A stretch of DNA of 64,000 bases from the NCBI GenBank assembly GCA_023334545.1, contig JAADVB010000034.1:1-64000 (forward strand), in the 5' to 3' direction. The stretch is from Salisapilia sapeloensis CBS 127946 (lineage: Eukaryota; Protista; Oomycota). Under the pieces are notes generated by a model. The model did not search any database and had not been told where the DNA came from. It was given only the letters and a program-made list of their open reading frames with translations. Positions 10,078-20,725 of the stretch are shown here, in pieces. The stretch's first letter is position 1; every line of letters begins with the position of its first letter. A program made the translations under genes and the position numbers.

Positions 10078-13000
10078 TTACTTGGAATCCCGCATGATAT
10101 GACGCAAATCGACACCCAAGACTTCGGTCGCATGCAGCTGCATCTGCGCCATCGCACGACAAGCACACACTTCCTCCACTTCCGGCAAGAACCGACAGCA
10201 AGTAGCCGCTCGATCGAAGTGACCAAACGCTTCGTTCGTACGTCCCTGCGCAAAGAGTACTTGCGCAATGTCCAAATGCGCCGAGCTGCACCTCTCATCG
10301 ATCACCAGAGCCTGATGGAAGTGAGCAATCGCACGCAACGGATCGTTCGTCGCAACGTACACTCTTCCTGCATTTAAAAACGGTAGCGGACACTTGGGCG
10401 ACAGTTCCAAGGACGTCCAAAAGTGACGCATCGCTTCGGCATAGTTAGCTTGATCCACCAGTACTTCTCCATAGAACAAGTGGACTTCCGGAGACTCTGG
10501 GAACAGTTTGGCTGCAGTGTCAAATACGTCTCTCGCCTGGAAAGTTGATCCGCTCTTGTACAATGCCATGCCGTACGAGACGTGGGTCACTGGCAACGCA
10601 TCGGATCGCGCGATGGCACGACGTAGACACTCCACAGCCTGTTGGTAGTCTGCTGTCAAGAGATGCATCTGGCCCATATGCAGGTAGATGTCTGCATCAT
10701 TAGCATCGACATCTGCTGCTGCATCAAAGCAGGCAGTCGCCTCTTCGATCGCACCGAGTTCCGATAGGAAACCTCCTTTCTTCACTAGCGCGTTCACCGA
10801 TTGTGGCTTGAGAGTCAAACTTTCTTCTATCGTTGCAAGAGCCGTATCGACGTCTCCGGCAACGTATTGGTAGGATGCAAGCATATTCATTGCCATAGCC
10901 TTTTCATCGTTCTCAAGCTCCATGTCAGCTACGAGAATGATATCCTTTTGAGCTTCTTCATACTGTCGTTTACGCTGGAAGTGAATGGCACGTAGCAATA
11001 GATCATGAGGACTTAGTTCAGACGCGTCTGTCTCTGTCAGTTTCGATATGTTCGACGGCAGACTGACAGCATGCTCTGCGTCATGCTCAAACGAGTCAAA
11101 GTAGCTGTCCACGAGCCACTGCGACGGTAGTGTATGCTGCTTTTCCATACCAGCAAAAATATCTTTTGCAGCGTCTCGACCAACGACTCGAGAGACGCGA
11201 TCGATGGTTTCGGCCATGTCAGGCGACCGAGATCCGTCCAATATGAAGGCTGTGACGTAGTCCTGCATCGCTTGCTTCGATGTGTTCTCCTTCTCTTCCA
11301 CTTTCGCAAGACAAGAGTAGGCGCCACTGCTGAATTTATCCACTTGCAGCGCTGCCTTTGCGACTGCCTTGCACGAATCATAGTCACCTAAGGCGAAGAA
11401 GCATCGGGCTCGACCGACGAGCACCTTGCTCATTTCGTGGTGGAAGACAGGTAATTGTGGGAACGCGTTGGCATACGCTTCTAGTGCCGCGTTGTATCGA
11501 CCCATTCGAAGTTTCCGGTCACCGTCTTCTGCAGCGTCGTGCACTGCCGCGATCTCATCCATGTATTCTTCATCTGTCGCAACAGCTCTAGTGAGGAAGT
11601 GCGTGGTCGCGTACAAATGCTCGACAGCATCTTCTCGTGTCTGGACAAATTTCTCTTGTTCCTCTTCACTCATAGCATCACAGAGCGCCTGGAACTGCAT
11701 CTGACTCACCTCTTCTTCTCCCAAGACATTCCACACAGCCTCTGCAACCGCCTGGATGAACGACTTGAGCTGCAACGTACTCAGCTTCTCTCTCGCTGTT
11801 GTCGCTGTGCGTGGAATGTAGTTCAGAGAGTACACGACAGAAGGGTACATACATCCCCACTCTCCATTCTTTTCCTCTTCCTTTGCTTCCTCCACTTCTT
11901 CAAATGCCCATGGAGAACGCTCTTGCACTGCAGTGTAGCATGCGTCCTTCAGACGTTGAGCGACTTCCAACGTGTGCTCCTGACTCCAATCAGGCACTTC
12001 CACGAAGCGTGGAGGGGTGTACAAGGCATCCCACATTTCATTGATCTGACGCACGCTTTCCTTGCAATCTCGATCTTTCTTCTCTTCCACCCACTTGTGC
12101 ACACTCATGGCCATTGCACCTTCGCTCAGGCCTTTGCGATTGTAGACAAGGTCGGAGCACACTTCGATCACGTCTTGATAAAGAGATCCGCACTGCGTCT
12201 TGACGTTGGAAAGCGAGAGTTTACCTTGAAGTGTCGACGGAAAACCGAACGGCGCGAGGACGAACGAGACCATGCGGAAGATGGCACGAGAAGAGTCTAA
12301 AAAGACACTTTTGGAAACAGGGCTGGGCATGTCGAAGAAGCGCTGCCCTTCGACTTCGTACACGACTTGGTTTTCCTCATCGTCATCCGATTCTTCGTCC
12401 TTGTCTTCTTTGGAGCGACCAGCGAGGAATTGGTCGTATGCTTGAATCAGCTTCTCAGAGTCGTACAATGTACTTTTGCATTCTACGTGCTGAGGAGAGA
12501 TGTCGATGTTGCCATCGTCGTTCACAAACGTCAGGTCGCTCGCGAGAGAAAAATTAGACGCGAGAGATGTCGGGAGGGACGTGAGCAATGACAAGGAGAG
12601 AGGAGATACACAAAATGAAACCGAGTCATGTCCTAGAACGGATAGCTGGGTAGCAACAAGAGCCGCTTCAGCGGCATCATCCGAGAAAGTTACGGCTGGA
12701 CTGTCGAATTTGACCCCGATCTTGTCGACTAGTTGCTGCAGATCGTCTGGAGATACCATTGTGTCCCTTAATTCTGCCTCTTCGTCTTCATCATTGAAGA
12801 GCGCTTGGAATGGAAGATTCTGTGCGCCTGGAAGGTGGCCGATAAGCTCTTGGGATTCAGCCATACCAGCAAACACTTCCGAAGGTCGACAGTCAATGAC
12901 TTGAGTGTCTTCATCTTGAACCTGAAGCTCGATGGCACTGTCTAGTACAGTTGTCACTTTATGGGTAGATGAAAGCAGCTCCTTGGAGCAATTTAAAGCA

Positions 13001-13337
13001 TCGTGAAGAAACTCGGATGCACTGCAGTCGGCACTGCGTAGCTAATACGCATCACTGTTATTCGTATCATTCACCTCATGGCAATCGTATATAGAGAGTA
13101 TACCTGTAAGGATGGATTTTCAATGCCCTCATTGATCAAAGCCCAGTGCATATACGTTGCAACGGCGAGCTGCTGTCTGCGATCACAAATGCCATATACG
13201 TGTAGCAACTGATTCGCATCAACATCTCCGGAGAACTGGACATTGAGTCTCGTAGCTGCTTTCGTAATGCAAGTCCGGACGTTGGATTGATCTCCATCAG
13301 CGATCGCAACGGACAAGTCTCGCTTATGCTCGATCAT
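10078..13337 (-). CDS. TPR-repeat protein with a TOM70-like C-terminal half and a long unassigned N-terminal region (at least 2 exons)
   Basis: Multiple TPR helices (GRYNAALEAYANA, ALVKKGGFLSELG, IYLHMGQMHLL, HVSYGMALYKSG). ORF 13071-13337 splices through GTGAAT..ACGCAG in frame onto ORF 10078-12957. Confidence 0.7.
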
Positions 13338-13524
13338 CTCGTTTCTGATTCCGGTCGATAGCCTCGAGCTCCTTTTTATCGATTGGGTTAGCGCTCAAGG
13401 TCTTCAGAGAAGGTTTTACTATGGGTATTTTCATCCAATCAAAAACGTCGATAGGACAATCTATCTCGACAACTAATTCGCAAACAGGTCCAGAGAGACT
13501 TGGAACGCACTTGCTACCTTCTTC

Positions 13525-14028
13525 ATGATTTACTCGTTCTACATTTTTACTGGAAGTGGTGCCTGTTTGTATGAAAAGCGATGGGGGAATCGTTCTAACC
13601 GAGCGGATGGATCGCAAGAAGATGCTACGGAGGAAAAACGACTACTATTTGGTCTGCTCTTCTCTTTAAAGGAGTTTGTGACAAAGATCCAGCCGCGAGA
13701 GACCATGCCTTCTTCTTCATATCCGTTTAATCCGGATGCCTCTGACGCGGATCGTAATAGTTCGGCTTCGACAGGACTGCAGAGGTTTCAGACTGACGCG
13801 TATACGTGCCATCACTTCGAAGCGCCAACTGGATTACGCTTTGTTCTGATCACAGATAATCTTGCTGGTGATTTGAGCACCGTATTGAAGCACATATACT
13901 CACAAATTTATGTCGAGACAGTCGTGAACAATCCGTTGGGGGAAGTGAAGAGCAATAAGCCGATTGAAAACGAACGCTTTGAATCACAGTTGCAACGTTA
14001 CATCCAAGGGTTGGCATGTGCCAAATAA
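13525..14028 (+). CDS. TRAPPC1: TRAPP complex subunit 1 (Bet5, sybindin family)
   Basis: MIYSFYIFTGSGACLY, LLFGLLFSLKEFV, HFEAPTGLRFVLITD, VLKHIYSQIYVETVVNNP. Confidence 0.9.
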   Translation: MIYSFYIFTGSGACLYEKRWGNRSNRADGSQEDATEEKRLLFGLLFSLKEFVTKIQPRETMPSSSYPFNPDASDADRNSSASTGLQRFQTDAYTCHHFEAPTGLRFVLITDNLAGDLSTVLKHIYSQIYVETVVNNPLGEVKSNKPIENERFESQLQRYIQGLACAK

Positions 14029-14074
14029 GCTAATAAAGTCAATCGAGATGCGTTTCATGTATTCTTATATGTGT

Positions 14075-16947
14075 TTACATTGTATTGGTGGGAATCAAAG
14101 CCGCAAAAGCTTCCAGTCTTGACGCAACAAAGGAAGCGGATGGCCGCTTGGTAGCATCCTGCGACCAACAGTCTTGGATCAAGTCTCTTATCATCTGTGG
14201 AGTATAACCAATAAAATAGGATTCGAAGAGAGTTTATACGGCCTTCTTACTGGCGGGGTTGATCGGGTAAAAGATGGTCGCTTTCGATGTTGAAGGACGA
14301 TTATGGGAATCATTGCAGGGCTCACACCACTGAATGGAGACGAGCACTCGCTAATCTCCCACAATATCACGCCAAGGCTATAAATGTCAGCAGCTACTGT
14401 ATACGCTTGACTTTGCATCACTTCACTGTGAAAGGTAACTTGTTGAGCTATCGTTTGTGTACAAAACAAAGAAATACGTACGGTGCCATCCATTGTAATG
14501 TACCGCGACAACCTGTCATAAAACCCGGCCCAAGTGATGCTGCTTTTCGCGAGATGCCGAAGTCTGTATAGAATATCGGCTTAAGCTGCGGGTAAGTAAA
14601 GTCACCGAATAGTAGAAGAAATACCTGCTAGTTTGACTCTTCCTTCGCTTGTAACCAAGAGGTTCCTTTGACGAATAAGTGTGTATACAGAATATGATCA
14701 CGTGCAGAAACACTTACAGTGATTTCAAGTCTCTGACAAAATGGAAAGTAGTAGATTAGATTGGTATTGGTAAATGAATGAACTGTTCGTTGCACCTATG
14801 GATGATATTGAAAGAATGCAAGAAAGCTAGTCCTTGAGCAGCATCGAGCTGTAGTTTCAACCGGAAGTATGAGTCAAAGCTCGCTGATACATTTAGTATG
14901 TGACACTAACCATCATTTTTGCTCGCAGTGTCCAAGAAGTAGATATAGATGCAAGCCGTTGATCGGCTTGATGTGCATTTTGAATCAAATCGCTGTGATC
15001 AGTATGTTAGACGTACTATGGTGCAAATTTTCGTGAATCTGAGTAATGCTTACAAGAGGGAGTATGGGAGATACTCCAAAGCTATCGCCATTGGCTCCAT
15101 GCAAATCCCAAAGAAGAGAACTAGGGATGGATGCGACCCGAGCGAAGTATGCATTGTTACCTCATTCACAAATTCTCGTTCCGCAGTAGTATTGCCTTGA
15201 CTCATGAATCTACGTGGATAAAATTAAGTTGTATGTCTGCTATAGTCGATATACTGTCAAACGAACGTCTTTAGCGCAATGTCTGTTCCTCTCCACTTAG
15301 CTTTATACACTTGGCAGCTACGTACAAGGCTGTTGAGTTACGTATTAAAATGCAATAAGTCGGAATAAGGATTCCACCTCGTGCCAGCACCTACACATTG
15401 CTCTACAGCAAACTCCTTTTGACATATGGAAGCTGTTGTTAAACTATTCTATCCTCATTTAGGCGATATTTGCATACCGATTTCGACATTTGTCGGATAT
15501 TTCTAGTCTTCAACAAGTTTTTCAGCTGGATGCTTTCAGCCGGTAGCTGACATACAGACTTTTGTAAAGTCTTGTTAATTGCGTCCGTGCTAGGATGAAC
15601 AGGTGCAGCAATTAACCCATAAGCACGGTCGATGAGGCCATTTGCATTTGTGCCATGGGAAAGCTCTTGCTGCAGACTGTTTAAGTCGAGCAAGTCAACG
15701 TTTATTGGCTTTACAGAGGTTAGCTCCTCTGTTGCCTCTACAGTATGAAAGCTAGGTCAGGGAGCTATAAATTCAAGTACAGCTTTGACGAACCGATAAT
15801 GAAGAGACATAATGGCATCGATACTGGTAGTTTAGCTACCAGATCATTCACATCCTGTTCCAGCATATATTCGATTATTATCAATGCTGTCTACACTTGA
15901 GTATATGACTCCTACCTTGTCAGTTTTGATAAAGACCCCGGTATCCGAACTACGAATTGCAAATTGCCTTAAAATCATTTACTCTGATCCTGTGAATACT
16001 TTTATACCTATGAAACTCCTGAAGCGTGATCTCTTTTGGTATCTCTCGAAATATTATTTTGGCTTTGCTTCGGAGTATCGATATACTCATGGTCTTCCGA
16101 TCAATTCGCAAGCGCGCTTGCTCATCTTTCCACTTGAGTATGACGACCAAAGCATCTATTCCGCTATTAAGATTTCAAAGTGCATCGGTATCAATTGTAG
16201 ATTACCACTGTGATTTATCGTATAATAATTGGGTGCGGATGGCGTGAGTTGCTGAGAAGGATTCTCCTGATCTAGTGCCGAAGGAAGCGACTTCTGCATT
16301 GCACTTGCCATATCTTCCAAAAAATCCGTTAAATTGTAAGGTGGAGACCACCCATCTTCCAGCCAAGGCACATGGAGATGCCCGTTATATTGTAAAATAT
16401 CTGGAAGATGCTATGGAAACAAAGTACATTGGCGACTAGGTAGTAAAATACGACGAGTAAGCTTACTTCAAACCCAGAAGTACATGATAGCATAGGTTCT
16501 GCAATTGGAAACTCGTTCGGAAGTCGTATAGCAACTTCCACAGCGTGAGTGGTAGAGTACGCACTTGATAAACTCTACTTTATAAATGCAATGAGCAAGA
16601 ATGATAGAAATGCTTTCAGATGAGTGACAAGTACTCGCGCGCTGGAAAACTTTATTTGCATCGCAACGGCACGCCTTCCATGCATCTCACCTCTTACACA
16701 ACCAATTCTATACCATATACACCACACATGAGCTATTCATATAAATCGTAAAGCTCAAGTGGAGAATGACTTTTGGATGCGCAAGTGAGCGTTGTGCTTT
16801 GCATAGTCCATAGCATTTTGAAGTTCTTGTTGAAGTCTCTATGCATATACTTCGTTCAAAACACTTTAAATGTGCTAGTTGTATTTGATTAGATCACACC
16901 TTGTCTAGGAAGGAGAGAGATCGTGGTCCACTTCCAGAGCTCATCAT
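14075..16947 (-). CDS. Intron-rich protein kinase: UBC-like/UEV domain, PSAP linker, PB1-like domain and TKL kinase (about 20 exons)
   Basis: Manual splicing of about 19 GT..AG introns of roughly 50-65 nt keeps one reading frame. It yields an intact kinase: VGAGTSCQVYKAKWRGTDIALK, EREFVNE, HRDLKSLN, LADFG, GTLQWMAPE, DIYSLGVILWE, CWSQDATKRP, stop at 14075. The first three introns and the start codon are the least certain. Confidence 0.85.
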
Positions 16948-17038
16948 GAAATGGCACGAACGACCTTTCAGAGTGCGTTGTTGAAGTATAAATATGGCTA
17001 TAATTTAAATAACTTTGGATGCATGTCAATAAGAACAA

Positions 17039-18313
17039 ATGTGGCGAAGAGTGACGCAGCGAAGTTTTGCTTGGCGAAGGACCACTACGCATGCACTACA
17101 GCCTCGTGTAAATGTGTCCAGCAGCTGGAAGCGTCTTTCTGTATGCGCCGCCTCCGGACTCGTGCTAACTAGCGCCGGATATGAGCATTATCGTATGATT
17201 TTCTTCTAGAACAAGCGTGCATTTGCCATCACGGATTCATTTGGCATTCAATAGATCGACCAGCTTTCGCAGAAGATAAATATTCGGCAGGTGTGCCCAC
17301 ATCCAAAGTATTGACGCGGAATTTCATCGCCGACGCAGTTGAAAAAGCTTTTCCAGCGGTCGTGAACATATCTATCGACTCGGGATTCACCGGCAGCAAT
17401 GGCTCTGGATTCGTCCTATCTAGCGATGGTAAGGTTGTAACGAATGCACATGTTGTTGCACGATGTAACCGGTACTCGAAAGTACAAGTAAGAAATTGAA
17501 GACTTAAAGCAGTCACATCAATGCCTCAAGTTCATATTTCGTTCATAGGTAAGCTTTCCAGACGGACGCAAGTATCAAGCTCGAATCCATAGCTTTGACA
17601 AGCTTTCGGATATTGCAATTCTAGAGATTGTGGGGGAGCCAGGTGAAACATTCCCTACAGTAGCACTCGGTTCTTCGTCGAGTCTTCGTCCTGGTGAATG
17701 GGTCTGTGCCCTCGGATCTCCCTACTCTTTACAAAACAGTGTCAGCGCAGGAATTATCAGCGCTGTAGCTCGACATAGCAGCGAGCTAGGTTACCATTTG
17801 AAGCATGGTGAATTCATCCAGACGGATGCTGCTATCAATGCTGGTAATTCAGGAGGCCCGCTCTTGGATCTGGATGGAAAAATCGTCGGGATCAACACCA
17901 TGAAGGTCGATGGTGGTCACGGTATTTCCTTTGCGATTCCGATCGATACAGCATCCCAAGTCATCGATCAATTGTTGAAAGACAAGAAAGTGACAAGAGC
18001 GTATATCGGGATGCAGATGATCAATCTGAACACTGCTGGGTTGAGGGAACTCGCAAAATCGTACCCTGATCTAAAGGATGGAGTTGTGGTAAAGTCCGTC
18101 GCGCCTGGTTCACCAGCTCACAAAGCAGGACTAGTGTCTGGAGATGTGATTGTAGAGTTTGATGGGAAGCCAGTGAAAAACACCAAGGATATCTTGAGAG
18201 CCGTTGGATATACTGTCGATCGCAGTATCGATGTAAAGATACGCCGCAAAGATGTCGGATTGAAGACATTGAGCGTAACGACCATCCCCTTGCCAACTTC
18301 ACTCGGTCAATAA
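17039..18313 (+). CDS. HTRA2: HtrA2/DegP-family serine protease with PDZ domain and mitochondrial-type presequence (3 exons)
   Basis: Arg-rich N-terminus [14 protein letters not shown]. Catalytic triad contexts TNAHVV, SDIA and GNSGGPL. The C-terminal PDZ region has YIGMQM and [13 protein letters not shown]. Confidence 0.88.
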
Positions 18314-18494
18314 ACACAATAAAACGTAGATCAGGTCTATCTCGTAAATATTGCATTTAGAAGTGCTAAGTTTATATAGTTAGACTTTTGCAACTGCTAG
18401 TATGTGAATTAAAAAACATAGATAGCTCTTATACGAATTAAATATAAAAGATGGCTAGTTCTTGTTGCTATCTTTGACGCGAAGAGAAAGAAAA

Positions 18495-19631
18495 ATGAGT
18501 TCGAATCCGAAGACACCGCCGAGTTTCAAGCCGTTGATGCCCTTTGTTCGTCGAGCAGAGGAGCTAGACCGTGATGAATCTCGCCCTGAGTCCAAGCTAA
18601 TCGCCTATTTCTGTCGACAATACGCAATGGAGATGGGTATCAAGCTCCGTGAGAACGATTCATCGAACGAAGCGACGGAGTATCTACTATCGCTCATGGA
18701 TCGTCTCGAAAGTGACAAGTCCAAGCTACCGGAAGTTACTCAAGAAGAAGGGAGAGTATGTAGTCAGAATCGTCAAAGACAAACATCCGATGCCGATGCT
18801 AATCAGCACTGGACTAGGAAATCTGCGAGGACTTTGCATTGGAAATATTCACCAAAGCGGATAACGAAGACCGAGCTGGCAATGCAGACAAGTATACTCC
18901 TTAATGCCTATCCACTTGTACGCATACTGACATGTATACATATAACTACTAGAAACACCGCTCGAACGTTTTACGCTGCCGGCACGTTCTTTGACATTTT
19001 AACCCAGTTCGGAGAAGTCAAGGAAGAACTAGCTGAAAAGCGTCGCTACTGCAAGTTCAAAGCTGCGACGATTCTAAAGGCTATTAAAGAAGGCCGGGCT
19101 CCTGAGCCTGGTCCACCAGAGAACACCACGATCCCTGATGATGATACGTCGTCAGTTGCTCCATCCACTGCTCCATCCGAAGCGCCACAAAACCCAAAGA
19201 CGGAGTTTCCATCATTCACGCAGCCAGCGTCTATTCCTCAGGCTCCGACCGTCACGCCAGTGGCCCAAGACCATTCGTCTGGGTTTAGCCAACCGTCGCC
19301 ACCAGCTCAGTCGAGTCAACCAGCACCCACATACAGTCCTCCGCCGTCTGCACCAGTGCAACCCCCATCACCACCACCGGCGCCTCAACCACCGAGCCCG
19401 CCTCAACCACCGAGCCCGCCGCAACAAATGAGTCCACCGCAGCCGAGGCGAGGCGGCGTCCCTCAAGGACAGATGAATGATGCGATGGAGTACGCTCGTT
19501 TCGCTATTGCAGCTTTAAAGGTATGCATATCAGATATGATGTAGAAGAGCAAGTACTAATGACTGCTGTAGGTGAAAGATACAAATTTGGCCGCCGAGCG
19601 TCTGGAGAAGGCATTGCAATGCATTCGATAA
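18495..19631 (+). CDS. VTA1: Vps4 cofactor Vta1/LIP5 (tandem MIT domains, Pro-rich linker, VSL domain; multi-exon)
   Basis: PFVRRAEELD, IAYFCRQYAM, ARTFYAAGTFFDILTQFG, KRRYCKFKAA, C-terminal AMEYARFAIAALK..LAAERLEKAL. Confidence 0.92.
19382..19420 (+). repeat. 18-nt tandem duplication (GCCTCAACCACCGAGCCC x2) encoding PQPPSP repeats in the VTA1 linker
   Basis: An exact direct repeat is visible in the sequence. Confidence 0.9.
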
Positions 19632-19664
19632 ACCCATTTTCTATCATCTATCCAAACCTAAAGT

Positions 19665-20573
19665 TCAGGATTCCACTTCTTCTTTGCTTTTAACATTTTT
19701 CCGATTCGGAAGCGTAGCTAAGGTCGCTTCCTTCCAATCCTTCGTTTCACTGTATCGAACGAGAATTTCAAAGACTACATCGGCGTTAGTATAGAAGTAT
19801 AGTGAGAGGTGAGAGAGGTAGCATACCATGGTTTACAGTCAGGACACGAGTGGCACTGCCCATGTCGATGTGACTGTCCAACGGCAGGCGTGCGGTCTGG
19901 ATACCTTGCTCCATCGCTTTCTTCCACGTAGATCCCTTAAGCCGATTGCGATCAACGATGCCACCGATGATGTATACTTTGTCCTTTTCGAGGGTAGTTA
20001 TAGTGTTCGGAGAGTCTGCGGTCAGGTAGACGAGTGACTCGTGCTTGAAGACATCCATGTAGCACTCGGACATGGCTGCGAACTATTTCATGGAGAAATT
20101 AGTACTTTATATGTGTAACAAAGGATTTTACGAGAGCATACAGCTTGCCATTGATCAAATCCACTGATCTTTTCCAGGTTCTGCTTCGTATCTCCACGCA
20201 ACGACGTGATGTACGCTTTCGCGGGAGCTTTGCTACGGCGATTGACACCATACGAAAACATGATCTGTTGCGACAGACTCTTCTTCTCACGTTCTTTCAT
20301 CTCTTCTTCGAATCCACAGTCAATGACGATACTAGTTCCTTCCTCCGTTGCCATGAGAAAGGATTCACGCTTGGCAATCTGACGCTCTTTACGACGCTGG
20401 ACCGCTTCGTCGCTCATATCGAGCTCGACTGGCGCTCTCTTTGGTGCATCTGCCTTTTGCTTCTTCTTCTTCTCCTCCTTCTTCTTTGCAAACAGCAACT
20501 TACGCTTTTCACGACGTTGGTCACGCTTCGAGAGCGTCGCTACTGCTTCGACCTCCTCTTCCTTGTCCGCCAT
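19665..20573 (-). CDS. TRMT10: tRNA m1G9 methyltransferase Trm10 (SPOUT family; multi-exon)
   Basis: IVIDCGFEEEM, SLSQQIMFSYGVNRR, LVYLTADS, YIIGGIVDRNRLKG, TARLPL, VLTVNHVFEIL, DWKEA. Confidence 0.92.
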
Positions 20574-20725
20574 CCGCTGCTGTTGTTTGTATCATGAAGT
20601 TGTGTCGTGTCTTTTCAAGATCTATTGATATAGCTTAAAGTATACAGATATGAATGATTTAATCCGAGTTGAAAATTACATATTTCTAGTCGGAACTCGG
20701 TATCAAACTTATTTTAGTCGCCGAC

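Noticed and set aside
13324-13617. 97-aa minus-strand ORF
   Set aside because: It spans the CCAAT-containing divergent spacer and overlaps the TRAPPC1 start, with no motif.
8625-20573. TRMO and TRMT10 as a tRNA-modification cluster
   Set aside because: They are about 10 kb apart with unrelated genes between them, consistent with chance.
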